A DNA stretch of 64,000 nt from Heterodontus francisci (lineage: Eukaryota): the NCBI RefSeq assembly GCF_036365525.1, contig NC_090404.1:8928001-8992000 (forward strand). The letters run 5' to 3'. The notes beneath the pieces are model-generated. The model did no database searches. It saw only the letters and a list, made by a program, of their open reading frames with translations, and was not told the DNA's origin. Shown here one piece after another: positions 1-11,880 of this stretch (position 1 is its first letter; every line of letters starts with the position of its first letter). The position numbers and the translations under genes were made by a program.

Positions 1-107
1 GCTGTTTTATTATTACTGTGGTTATGATTACAGTTATTGTTAGTGTTACTGTTGCCATTTTATTGTTTGGCTTTAGATACAATTGCTGTGTCATATTCAT
101 TCTCAGG

Positions 108-436
108 ATGTTCCGGATTTACAGACTCTCCTTGCTGTTTTACACTGTCTGTATGGATGCGGTCGGTGAAGAGGAGGTGATGCCTCTCCCTCCGCGGGTG
201 GTTGTCAGTGAAGCGAGAATTGTCTCCATGAATTGCTCCATTACCTTCCGTTTACTGTTCTACACTTTTACAGACAGCAACCTTATCAGCCCCTCCAGCA
301 TCTGGGGATGGCCACAAGCTCACTGATCAACACGGGAGGATCACTACTTCAATCGGGGGAGACTGCAAACGCAGTGCAGTGACTGTCAGAAAGGAGCGAG
401 TGACAGACACCGCCACCTTTCTCTGAGCTGTGAGGC
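108..436 (+). pseudogene. TCR V-alpha-like pseudogene, leader and V in one exon (copy 1)
   Basis: Allowing two frameshifts it reads MFRIYRLSLLFYTVCMDAVG-EEEVMPLPPRVVVSEARIVSMNCSITF..TVLHFYRQQPYQPLQHL..GRITTSIGGDCKRSAVTVRKERVTDTATFL*AVR. This shows the first Cys, YRQ, and the D(T/S)ATYLCAVR-type end with the Cys codon changed to TGA. CACAGTG follows immediately. Confidence 0.8.
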
Positions 437-482
437 CACAGTGTAACAAACAAATTACAAATTCAGAGTCGGTACAGGAACC
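437..482 (+). other. Defective 23-RSS (30-bp spacer)
   Basis: CACAGTG at 437-443, then 30 nt containing tandem ACAAATT-ACAAATT, then nonamer-like ACAGGAACC at 474-482. Removing one 7-mer gives a 23-nt spacer. Confidence 0.7.
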
Positions 483-958
483 CACAGAGTGGGAGAGCCG
501 CTCTTCTGTCTTTGAACTATTGATACTGTTGTAACAATCGATATCTATAGTGAATGAAATCAAAAATAGTAAATAGAGAGAGAGTGACACTGAGAGAGAG
601 AGAGAGATTTAAAGAAAGTGAGAAATAGAGTTGGAAACGCAAAGAGAGAAAATAGTAGTAAAAGCATGAAAGGAAGAATGAGAGAGAGAAACACTTTCCT
701 AATCCGTGTAGAGCAAATTAGGAAAATGAGAGGACTGAAATAAAAGAAACAACCAGAATGAAACACAAAGCTACAAGGTAAGAGAAAGCTATGAAGAAAT
801 GGATTCGGAAATTAAGTAATAGGCACTTTCCTTTCAACTCACTCATTTCCCTTTCTCCTATTTCCACAGTTGAATTGTCTGAAAAGCGTCTCCTCGTAAA
901 TGGCCGCTGGAAACTGACCAATAGATCAAATCACACTTTACTCTGCCCATTAACTGGA

Positions 959-2695
959 CATAGGAACATAAGAGGAGGAGCAGGCCATTCAGCCCATCAA
1001 GCCTGATCCGCAATTCAATATGATCATGGCTCATCATTCACTTCAAACCCTTTTCCCCCACCATATATATCTGTCAATCTCTACGTCCAACATACTCAAT
1101 GACTGAGCTTCCACAGTCCTCTGGGGTAGAGAATTCCAAAGATTCACAACCCTCTCCTCATCTTTGTTTTTTTTTTATTTAGAGATACAGCCCTGAAACA
1201 GGCCCTTCAGCCCACCGAGTCTGTGCCGACCATCAACCACCCATTTATACTAATCCTACACTAATCCCATATTCCTACCACATCCCCACCTGTCCCTATA
1301 TTCCCCTACCACCTACCTATACTAGGGGCAATTTATAAATGGCCAATTTACCTACCAACCTGCAAGTCTTTTGGCTTGTGGGAGGAAACCGGAGCACCCG
1401 AAGGAAACACACGCAGACACAGGGAGAACTTGCAAACTCCACACAGGCAGTACCCAGAATTGAACCCGGGTCGCTGGAGCTGTGAGGCTGCAGTGCTAAC
1501 CACTGCGCCACTGTGCCGCCCATCTCTGTCCTAAGTGTCTTCCCCCTTATTTTGAAATTGTGTCCCCTGGTTCTAGACTCCTCAACCAGGGGAAACATCT
1601 TACCTGCATCTACCCTGCCTATCCCTTTCAGTATTTTGTAGGTTTCAATGACATCACCTCTCATTCTTCGAAACTCTAGAGAATACAGGCCCAGTTTCCC
1701 CAATTGCTCTTCATAGGACAGTCCCGCCATCCTGGGAACAAGTCTGGTGAACCTTCATTGCACTCCCTCTATGGCAATAATATTCTTCCTCCGGTAAGGG
1801 GACCAAAACTGCACACAGTTCTCCAAATGCAGTCTAACCAAGGTTCTGTACAATTGAAGCAAAGCTTCACTTCTCCTGTGCTCAAATCCGCTTGTGATAA
1901 AGGCCTACATACCGTTAGCCTTCTTAATTACTTGCTGCACCTGCGTGTTCGCTTTCAGTGAATTATTGACAAGGACACCCAGGTCCCTTTGTACATCTAC
2001 ACTTTCTAATCTCTTATCATTGAACAAATACTCTGGACCTTTATTCCCATGCCAAAATGGATAACCTCACATTTTTCCACATTATTTTCCATTTGTAACG
2101 TTCTTGCCCACACACTAAGTTTGTCCAAATCCCCTTGAAGACGCTTTTCATTTTCCTCACAACACACATTCCCACCTAATTTTGTGTCATCTGCGAACTT
2201 GGAAATATTACATTTGGTCCCCACATCCAAATCATTGACATATATTGTGAACAGCTGGGGCCCAAATACTGATCCTTGTGGTACCCCACTAGTCACAGAC
2301 TGCCAATGCGAGTGTGATCCGTTTATTCCCACTCTCTGCTTTCTGCCTATTAACAATCCTGAATCCATGCCAGTATATAACCTCCTATCCCATGTGCTTT
2401 AATTTTGCTAACCACCTCCTGTGGGGACTTTATCAAAAGCCTTCTGAAAATCCAAGTATACTACGTCCACTACGTATCAATTCTGTCAGGAACATCCTCA
2501 AAAGCTCCAACAGTTTGGTCAAACATGATTTCCCATTCATAAATCCATGTTGACTATGCCCAATCAGATCATCATTATCCAAGTGTCCATTTATTACATT
2601 CTTAAGAATAGATTCTAAAATTTGCCCTACTGCTGATGCTGGGTTAACAGGTCTGTAGTTCCCTGTTTTCTCTCTCCCTCCCTTCGTAAATAGTC
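959..2695 (-). mobile_element. CR1 LINE, 5'-truncated and decayed
   Basis: Minus-strand ORF fragments SGVPQGSVFGP, KFADDTKLGG and NYRPV; CR1 3' tail at the left end. Confidence 0.9.
1166..1520 (-). mobile_element. tRNA-derived V-SINE (HE1-like) nested in CR1
   Basis: GGCGGCACAGTGGCGCAGTGGTTAGCAC head with A/B boxes, V-domain GGGTGCTCCGGTTTCCTCCCAC, LINE-type tail, approximate TSD CATCT(T/C)TGT. Confidence 0.9.
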
Positions 2696-3078
2696 TCACT
2701 GGGGCAAAAAAGAAACGCTCAACAACAACAGGTGAGGTCCACTTGCAGAATTAGATTAGTTTGCGAATTAAATTCGCATCTATAATTAAAAACAAGCTGT
2801 ATAAATACACCTGTGGAACCTGAACTGACTTTGTGTCTTTTGATGTCCTTTCTGTGCCTGTTCTTTCTCATCGCCTGTCTCCACGTTTTGCCCATCATAA
2901 TTTAAATTTCGTTCTTCCAGTTTTTAATTCAACAATATAAAATCTGCTTCTGCTCCGCATATTAATTTATAACAGATCCAATCCAGTTTCCCATAACCAG
3001 GAACTCGAAATAGGTCAGTGAATAAATACAGCATTGCTGAGACACTTTTCACCAGCAAATAAACACTTCTCAGAGGAT

Positions 3079-3092
3079 CCACCAGAGGGCGT
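3079..3092 (+). promoter_or_regulatory. CTCF-like motif
   Basis: CCACCAGAGGGCGT, a close match to the CTCF core CCACCAG(A/G)GGGCGC; conserved at 14905-14918. Confidence 0.5.
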
Positions 3093-3999
3093 CGAATCAT
3101 ACGCCGATCCATTTGTGGATCAAACCCCAGCCAGTGAGCGAAACCGTTGGAATAAATAGAACAATAGGTGAAATCAACATACCTCCATGGGATGGGAAGA
3201 TATATCAGGGCAATAACCATCACATGGAACCATCCATCTATCGAAGGATTGACTTCTGACGCTCAAAACCGAGAAGGATAAGTGAGTGGAAGGTGTGGAA
3301 CATGGCGAAAGCATATTAAAATGTGAATGACAGACACACCCTGAGATCTGAATTCTGAAGTTACTCACTATACCCTTAGTGGAGATCGGTGTTAAAGGAG
3401 CGAAAGACAAACCGAAACCGCCCGGATGTTGTTTCTTTTTCTGCTCCTTTTTTAATCTGGGTGAAAGTTATAAGGACAGTTTTTCATGTCCTGCTGGTGT
3501 TGGGTTCTTGTTATGAGAATCCGTCCTGCACCTCACCCTGGAGGTTTTGAACCCGCTCCCCGCGCTCTGCTCCCGCCACTTTCTTCCCATGAGAGGCAAA
3601 TTGCTAATGGAAAAGCATCGATTCGCCGCTCCTTCAATTTTCTCTCATCGCAAATCCAAAATCTGAAGATTATACATGTCTAATTTAAACATTATGGACA
3701 CAGAGAATGTCAGAATTCAACAGAAAGACTTGAAACAACATGTCAAATGGAAATTAGGGAAGAGGACAGTGTTGGAAACGCTGTTTAAATTACAGCGAGA
3801 GTTTATTCTTTATTTCTGTTCAGTTGTTTATTCAGTAACAGTTTCATCGTTCTAATATGACAGATCTATAAATCACTCTGGCAAAATACAGAATCATTGT
3901 TAGTTCACTAGTTAACTGATCGGTGAGGGAATGTACACTGGAGTCACGGTTACCAGTGTGCTGATGGTGAAGTAACGGGAATTTGAGAGGAAGAATTGA

Positions 4000-4671
4000 G
4001 ACATAGAGCAATACAAGCACAGAAACAGGCCCATCGGCCCATCGTGTCCATACCCATCAAGCACTTATCTATTCTAATCCCATTTTCCAGCACTTGGCCC
4101 GAAGCCTTGTATTATGGGGTTTCAAGTGCTCATCTAAATACTTCTTAAATGTTGTGAGGGTTCCTGCCTCTACCACCACTTCCGGCAGTGCGTTCCAGAT
4201 TCCAACCACCCTCTGGATGAAAACATTTTTCCTCAAATCCCCTCTAAACCTTCTGCCCCTTACCTTAAATCTATGCCCCCTGGTTATTGACAGCTCCGCT
4301 AGGGGAAAAAGCTTCTTCCTATCTACTCCGATCTATGTCCCTCATAATTTTGTATACCTCAATCAGGTCTCCCCTCAGCCTTCTCTGCTCTAAGGAAAAC
4401 AACCCTAGCCTATCCAGTCTCTCTTCATAGCTGAAATGCTCTAGCCCAGGCAACATCCTGGTGAATCTCCTCTGCACCCTCTCCAATGCAATCATATCCT
4501 TCCTGTGGTGTGGCGACCAGAACTGTACACAGTAGTCCAACTGTGGCCTAACTAGCGTTTTATACAGCTCCATCATAACGTCCTTGCTCTTAAATTCTTC
4601 GCCTCGGCTAATAAAGGCAAGTATCCCATATCCCTCCCTAAGCACCTTATCTACCTGTGCTTCTGCCTTCA
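4000..4671 (-). mobile_element. CR1 LINE 3' fragment
   Basis: ORF LYKTLVRPQLDYCVQFWSP...ERVQRRFTRM on the minus strand. Confidence 0.9.
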
Positions 4672-4696
4672 GTCACCACGCCAGAATAAACCAACC

Positions 4697-4956
4697 CCAT
4701 GAACAATCCCATGTTTCCTGTGACAATGACCAGACAAGGGTTTCAGTCCCCGCCCCACGTCTCTAACAGCGGAACCATTCCCCATATAAGGACAGTGACT
4801 GTAGCCCAGCTCGGGGTGTTTCCGTTCACTGACAGCCAGCTCACCACCTACCGCTCTCACAGCACCACTGGGGACACAAGGAAGTGAGATGAGAGAATCC
4901 TGAGACACGACAGCAGATTATTGAGGGTGGGGATTAGAACGGGTGTCTTCAAATAT
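4697..4956 (+). promoter_or_regulatory. V-segment upstream/promoter region; left arm of inverted repeat
   Basis: Lies immediately 5' of the leader ATG. Contains ETS-like AGGAAGTG and ends in TATA-like TTCAAATAT. It is the reverse complement of 5709-5968. Confidence 0.7.
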
Positions 4957-4988
4957 CCAACTCCCCTTTTACAGAGCTGACAGCGACA

Positions 4989-5453
4989 ATGCGGCTACTC
5001 AGCATCTGGGTTGTGTGGGGAGCATTTCTGACAGGTAATTGTGGATTAAACACATTTCATCTTTTCTCCCATTTCACAAACATGTTTTAAATCTGAATTT
5101 TAAACAGTCGTCAGTCTGACCTTGTCCTGTTTAAACTTGTTTTCAGATCCGAGTCATGGAGATTCTGTCACTCAGCTCCTGCCCTCAGATGTTAAGACAG
5201 AAGGAGAAGCGGTGACTTTAAGATGTACCTATGATACTACAATAAGCTTCTATTATTTATACTGGTACCGGCAACACCCAGATACACAGCCCGAGTTTAT
5301 ACTGTGGAAATACTCGAGCGGTGGTGAAGATAAAGCAGATTTTGCTAAAACCCGTTTCTCTGTTGAGCTCCAGAAAGCGACTAAATTCACCAGTTTAACC
5401 ATCTCGGGTCTGCAGCTGACTGACTCTGCCGTGTATTACTGCGCCTTCAGCCT
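4989..5453 (+). CDS. TRAV/DV: T-cell receptor V-alpha/delta gene segment (leader exon 4989-5034, intron 5035-5146, V exon 5147-5453), apparently intact
   Basis: Leader MRLLSIWVVWGAFLT, GT-AG phase-1 intron, then DSVTQ..VTLRCTYDTT..YLYWYRQ..RFSVELQKATKFTSLTISGLQLTDSAVYYCAF. Resembles TRAV38/TRDV1-type V domains and is followed by a 23-RSS. Confidence 0.95.
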
Positions 5454-5492
5454 CACAGTGATGGAAAGCAGTCTCACCCCTGTACAAAAACT
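5454..5492 (+). other. Recombination signal sequence, 23-bp spacer
   Basis: CACAGTG + 23 nt + ACAAAAACT. Confidence 0.97.
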
Positions 5493-5708
5493 GCCTTTGG
5501 ACTGTGGGTGGGAACTTCTGTCTGTTGGGAGGTGTGTCGAATCGCGGGCAGATGCAGCCACAATGTGCAGCGCGCTGTCAGGCTCTCAAAGACACACCGA
5601 GAGGAAACCAAATTAACCTCAGATCAAACTGTCACCCAACTGTTTCCAGGAGCGGCCGAGAAAACAAACTGCAGAATCCAGTCAGACAGACAGATCCAAC
5701 ACAGACAC

Positions 5709-5968
5709 ATATTTGAAGACACCCGTTCTAATCCCCACCCTCAATAATCTGCTGTCCTGTCTCAGGATTCTCTCACCTCACTTCCTTGTGTCCCCAGTGG
5801 TGATGTGAGACGGGTAGGTGGTGAGCTGGCTGTCAGTGAATGGAAACATCCCGAGCTGGGTTCCAGTCAGAGACCTGACAGGGGAATGGTTGCACATTTA
5901 GAGACCGGGGGTGGGAATGAAACCCTGGTCTGTTAATTATCACCAGCAAGATGGGGATTGTTGATGGT
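5709..5968 (-). repeat. Right arm of inverted repeat (inverted copy of V promoter region)
   Basis: ATATTTGAAGACACCCGTTCTAATCCCCACCCTCAATAATCTGCTGTC... is the reverse complement of the sequence ending at 4956. The inner ~140 bp is near-identical; the outer part is diverged. Confidence 0.95.
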
Positions 5969-6997
5969 GACAGAAAACATTCCAGCATTAAGGAGACACC
6001 CTGAAGCACAATGGACACAGGGGGAACTGTAATAGGAGCTTGTTTTAAAGATCACAGTCACCACCTTGTGAAATCTGCGCATTGTGTATAAACGGTCTCT
6101 GAATCAACAACACACTCTGATCAAATAAACCCTGTGAACAGGCTTCGGTCAAAGACTCCGGGAAACTGACAGGGGAGATGGGGAAAGAGCTGCTCAATAT
6201 TGCAGGCAGGCACGGAAAGGGCAGCAAAGTGCAAGAAGTAAATTACAACGTCACAAATGGATTTGTCAATTTCAGTTTTAGTGTAACTGCTCGTTTCAGG
6301 GCTTTGCAGAAAGACCAGGAGAATGAAACTGATTGGAAAGCTCTTTCAAAGAGCTAACTCGATGGGCCGAATGGCCTCCTCCTGTGCTGTCAGATTTCAT
6401 GATTTATAGAATTTCGATTGCCTCAGTCAAAACTTTCGGAATTATCCCCCTGAAGTTGCTATTTGCGATATTAGTATATGGAAGCTTCGCAGTAACAGTA
6501 TTAACCAATGTCATGGAGAAATTGTAAATAGAAAATGGCATCTTATCTTATTAAGGATTTTCGTAGCAGCTTGGCTAGAGTGACTGGACTCTGGTTTCAG
6601 CATCAGATTGTGGATTCCACCTCAACTTCAGAAGCTGTGTGTATTGACCAGGTTTCCAATCGGTGCAGTGCTGAAAGGACACGATCTTTCCGGTAAAATC
6701 TGAACGAATAATTCCTCCTCAACCCCTTGTCTGTTTAAGAACATAAGAAATAGGAGCAGGAGTAGGCCTTTGAGCCCCTCAAGCCTGCCCCGCCATTCAA
6801 TAAGATCATGGCTGATCTGTCGCAGGCCTCAACTCCTCTTTCAGGCCTGCTCTGCATAACCCTCAACTCCCCGAGATTTCAAAAATCTATCTACCTCCTC
6901 CTGAAATATATTTAGTGCCCTAGCCTCCAAAACTCTCTGAGGCAGAGAATTCCAGAGATTTACCACCTTCTGAGAGAAGAAATTCCTTCGCATCTCA

Positions 6998-8068
6998 GGG
7001 GCCCCTGTACATGTGGCCCCACCTGAAGGAGCAAGCGGAGCCTTGTTTGTGGTGGTGGAGCCTGGGACGCCCCTGGAGAACCTTTCCCATCTACTACTGG
7101 GTCAGGTTCCATGAGTGAAGGGGGGGTTGGTGGCGAGCCCTCTAAAGGCCGGCCCTCCCAGCCAAAATCCACTACCGATTAGGATGCACCCGACGCGGTT
7201 ATGGTTGAAAATGCTGCCCCGTCTGCTAGGCCTGTGGGCGCTGGTAGGGTGGGAGATTGCCTCCTCTCTCTGCCTCCAGTCTTGGTTTCGGCTGTATGTC
7301 TGGAGTCTGGAATTATCGTCTCCCCTGGGCTGCTCATTGGCTTGGGGACGGAGGTGGAGGGGCATCCTGAACCGCTGGCGCCCATTGTCTCCAGTTCCAC
7401 TCAAAAACCCAGTGAGGACTCCACCACCATGGATCCTGAGGGTGGGATCGTGATGGAGGCGGGACCAGCTGGCGAGGCCGGGACCTCCGCCCCACAGTGT
7501 GTTGTAGGTGTGTCGGCCGTTGGCAGTGATGACCCGGAGGAGGATGGGGACTTGGTGTGGGGCACGGAGGACGACCTTGAATCCATCACCAGTGAGACAG
7601 TGGACTCTGTCGTGCCTCCCACTGAGTCTCCTCTCATCCCCGCCATAGAACACCAGGAATTCTTCGCAGCATGCAGAGGTTGCCACAATAAAGTTCAGCT
7701 GGCCCTTGGCTGGTGGTCGAGTCTGGCACTAATCATCTAGTCTGTCTGTGCCACCTTCAGGAAGGCAGGTAGGGTGAGGGCATGAAACTGTTTGAGAGGC
7801 AATGGTTTAAAATGCTCCTCAATGGGTTGCTGGGGGAGTGTAAGGCGAGGTGTTCTTTCACTCCCTCATCACAATGAGGTATTGGTGATGGGATCAAATT
7901 ACTTTTGACATGAAGATAACCATAGCCAGCCTCAACATTAAGGGCAGCAGGGGGTCTCACCGCAGATTTCACAATCTCTCAGTTCTTGGGGAAGGGAGAT
8001 ATGCAGTGAGCTTTCTGAAGGAACCCCACACCGTTCTGGGAGACGAAGCCACCTGGCTCCTGGAGTGG
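6998..8068 (+). mobile_element. Tx1-clade (L1 group) retrotransposon fragment, ORF1 end and ORF2 endonuclease start
   Basis: MKITIASLNIKGSRG...YAVSFLKEPHT...WLLEW resembles the Tx1 ORF2 APE N-terminus. It abuts a minus-strand CR1 tail (6737-6997). Confidence 0.75.
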
Positions 8069-10730
8069 AGTTGGTGGAGGCAGAAATTAGGTAACTATAG
8101 GCCAGTTAGCTTGACGTCTGTCATGGGGGAGGTGTTAAAATCGATCATTAAGGAGGCTACAGCTGTGTACTTAGAAAACCCGAGGGAATCAGGAATAGTC
8201 AGCATGGTTTGTGAAAGGAAGTCATATTTGACCACTTTATTGGAGTTCTTTGAATGAGTAATATGCGCCGTGGATAAAGGGGTGCCGGTTGACGTTCTGT
8301 ACTTGGATTTCCAGAAGGCATTTGACATGGTGCCACATGAAAGGTTATTACGCAAAATACGAGCTCTTGCTCTAAGGGGTAACATATTATCATGGATAGA
8401 AGATTGGCTGGCTGGCTGGCAGAAAGAGAGATCATTCATAAATAGATCCTTTTCTGATTGGCAGGATGGGACGAGTATATTACTAACTTAATTGAGTTTT
8501 TTGTGGAAGTAACAAGAAGGATTGATGAGGGTAGTGCAGTGGATGTGGTCTATATGGATTTTAGTATGGCATTTAACAAGATCCCACATGGCAGACTGGT
8601 CAGTAAAATGAAAGCCCATGGGATACAGTGGAATGTGGCAGGCTGGATCCAGAATTGGCTGAGGGACAGGAAATAAAGGGTAGTACTCGACGGATATTTC
8701 TCTGAATGGAAAGCTGTTTCCAGTGATGTTCCACAGGACTCAGTGTCGGGTCCCTTGCTGTTTTTGGTATATATTAATGATTTGGACTTAAATGTGGGCG
8801 GCATGATTGGGAAATTTTCTGATGACACAAAAATTGGCCGTGTAGTTGACAGTGAAGAGGATAGCTGTAGACTCCAGAATGATATCAATGGTTTGGTTGA
8901 ATGGGTGAAAAAGTGGCAAATGGAATTCAATCAGAAAAGTGTGAGCTAATGCATTTGGGGAGGGCAAATAAAGCGAGGAAGTACACAATAAACGGGAAGA
9001 TATTGAGAGGGGTAGAAGATGTCCACGGTCCCTGAAGGTGGCAGGACAGGTAGATAGAGTGGTGAAGAAGGCATATGGAATGCTTTCCTTTATTGGCCGA
9101 GGTATAGAATTCAAAAGCAGGGATGTAATGCTGGGACTGTATAAAATGCTGGTTAGGCCACAGTTGGAGTATCGTGTACAGTTCTGGTCACCACATTACA
9201 GGAAGGACATAATTGCTCTGGAGAGAGTACAGAGGAGATTTACAAGAATGAACAGGATTCGAAAGTTGCAGCTTTGAAGAAAGATTGGATAGTCTAGGGT
9301 TGTTTTTTCTGGAACTGAGGAGGCTGAGGGGTGACTTAATTGAGGTGTACAAAATTATGAGGGGCCTAGATAGACAGGAAGGACCTGTTTCCCCTGGAGG
9401 ATAGGTTGACTAGCAGGGGGATCAGATTTAAAGTGATTGGTAGAAGGATTGGGATGGACATGAGGAAAAACGTTTTTTCACCCAGAGGTGGTGGGTGTCT
9501 GGAATTCACTGCCAGGAACGTTGGTGGAGGTGGAAACCCTCAATTCTTTTAAAAGGTAGCTGGACATGCACCTGAGGTGCTGTAACCTGCAAAGGTACGG
9601 ACCTGGTGCTGGAAGGTAGGATTAGATTGGGTGGCTAGTTATTTCGGCCGGCACAGAGGCGACAAAATGTTTCCATGGTTCTATGGAGTGGAGTCCCACA
9701 GAGGTCTGTGCTGGGGCCTTAGGTTTTTACAATTTATATCAACGACATAGACGAGGGGAGTGATAGCATGGTAGCAAAATTTACTGATGACACAAAGATA
9801 GGCAGGAAATTATGTTGTGAAGAGGGCAAAAGGAGCTTGCAGACCGATATAGATAGGCAGAGTGAGTGAGCAAAAATATGGCAGTGTATAATGTGGGAAA
9901 ATGTGAATTTGTTCACTTGGGAGGAAGAATAAAAGAGCAGAGTATTACTTAAACGGAGAAAGACAGCAGAATTCCGAGGTGCAGAGGGATCTAGGTGTTC
10001 TAGTGCATGAGCCACAAAAAGTTAGCATGCAGATACAGCAACGAATAAAGAAGGCGGATGGAGCACTATCCTTTATTATGAGAGGAATTGAAAATAAAAG
10101 TATGGATGTTATGCTTCAGTTATATAGGGCATTGATGAGACTGCATCTCAAATACGGTGTGCACTTTAGGTCTCCTTATTTAAGGAAAGATGTAAATGCG
10201 TTGCAGGCCGTTCAGAGAAGGTTTACCAGATTGATACTTGGAATGAGCGGGTTGTCTTATGAGGAAAGGTTGGACAGACTGGGCTTGTTTTTACTGATAT
10301 TTGGAAGAGTGAGGGGAGACTTGATTGAGATATATAAGATCCTGAACGGTCTTGATAAGGCGGCTGTGGAAAGGATGTTTCCTCTTGTGGGTGAGTCCAG
10401 AACGAAGGGGCACTTTTTTAAAATTAGGGGTCGCCCTTTTAGGACAGAGATGAGGAGAATATTTTTCTCTGAGGGTTGTGCGACTTAATTGGAACTCTCT
10501 GCTTCAGAAGGTGGTGTAGGCGGGGTCATTGAATATTTTTTAAGGCGAAGGTAGATAGATTCTTGTTAGGTAAGGGAATCACAGGTTATCAGGGGGAGAT
10601 GGAAGTGTGGAATTCGAAACACAAACTGATCAGCCATGATCTTATTGAATGCTGCAGCAGGCTCGAAGGGCTGAATGGCCCACTTCTGCTCCTAATTCGA
10701 ATGTTCAAATGTATGTTTCTATGTTGGTTG
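8069..10730 (+). mobile_element. Stack of decayed CR1 LINE fragments
   Basis: NYRPVSLTS, YLDFQKAFD, KFSDDTKIG and RPQLEY motifs in several broken ORFs. Confidence 0.9.
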
Positions 10731-11551
10731 ACGCTTTTCCTACATTACACGAGTGACTATACCTCAAAGGAACCTCTGACTATAAAGCGATTTGGGATGT
10801 CCTGGTGTCGTGAAAGGCCCTATAAGAATGCAAGTCTTTCTTTATTTATTTGATTTATGTAACTCATTTCTCTAACATGCCAAACAGGGATTGAAACTCA
10901 ACAGATCAATGTGGGCAATCTAATCCCATAATCACAACAATCCTGTCCCTCTCTGTCTGGCATAGTTGTGTTATCTGTCACAGGCAGCAGGGGGCTTGAG
11001 ACTGCAGTTCTGGACTGCTCTGGCAAGCTGCATCGCGGGGCTTCACTTAAATACTTCAGGGGTTCAAGTTATTTCGCCCAGAGCAGTGTCCCAGAGATCA
11101 TTGATGGGCCGCATGGTCCCTGAGTCACTGGCTGTGGGTTGTCTGAATAAACAACAGGTTCAAAACAAAAGCCTGTAGATTTCATACCGTCTCTGAGCAC
11201 TGTCTGAAAGACATTCCCACAATGGACTGATACACAGGAGGGAATCAACACGGAATGGAGTAATGAGCATGCGCATATTCACTGATAGGCATCACCCCGA
11301 GAAACTAATAGCAAACCATCGGTCCGGTGCAGTGAAAACTCAAACACTGTGATGGAGCGCCATCAAGTGATGATGAGAGGGAACTGACAGCCACTTTGTC
11401 CCAATCCTGCGACAAGATTATACTGTTTACTGATTACTATTACTGCTGTTTTATTATTACTGTGGCTATGATTACAGTTATTGTTAGTGTTACTGTTGCC
11501 ATTTTATTGTTTGGCTTTAGATACAATTGCTGTGTTATATTCATTCTCAGG

Positions 11552-11880
11552 ATGTTCCGGATTTACAGACTCTCCTTGCTGTTTTACACTGTCTGTATGG
11601 ATGCGGTCGGTGAAGAGGAGGTGATGCCTCTCCCTCCGCGGGTGGTTGTCAGTGAAGCGAAAATTGTCTCCATGAACTGCTCCATTACCTTCCGTTTACT
11701 GTTCTACACTTTTACAGACAGCAACCTTATCAGCCCCTCCAGCATCTGGGGATGGCCACAAGCTCACTGATCAACACGGGAGGATCACTACTTCAATCGG
11801 GGGAGACTGCAAACGCAGTGCACTGACTGTCAGAAAGGAGCGAGTGACAGACACCGCCACCTTTCTCTGAGCTGTGAGGC
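11552..11880 (+). pseudogene. TCR V-alpha-like pseudogene, leader and V in one exon (copy 2); defective RSS at 11881-11926
   Basis: Same frameshifts, same TGA at the second Cys and same 30-nt RSS spacer as 108-482. Confidence 0.8.

Noticed and set aside
1430-1520. tRNA gene
   Set aside because: It is the tRNA-derived head of a V-SINE, not a complete cloverleaf gene.
5122-5616. 164-aa single-exon ORF from the track
   Set aside because: It starts in the intron and reads through the RSS; the true unit is the spliced leader plus V exon.
4697-5968. V cassette as a RAG/Transib-type DNA transposon
   Set aside because: The arms have no sharp outer termini, no CAC ends and no visible TSD, and identity is highest at the inner ends, the opposite of TIRs.
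11346-11352. CACTGTG as a J/D-type RSS heptamer
   Set aside because: No nonamer at 12 or 23 nt and no FGxG J motif.
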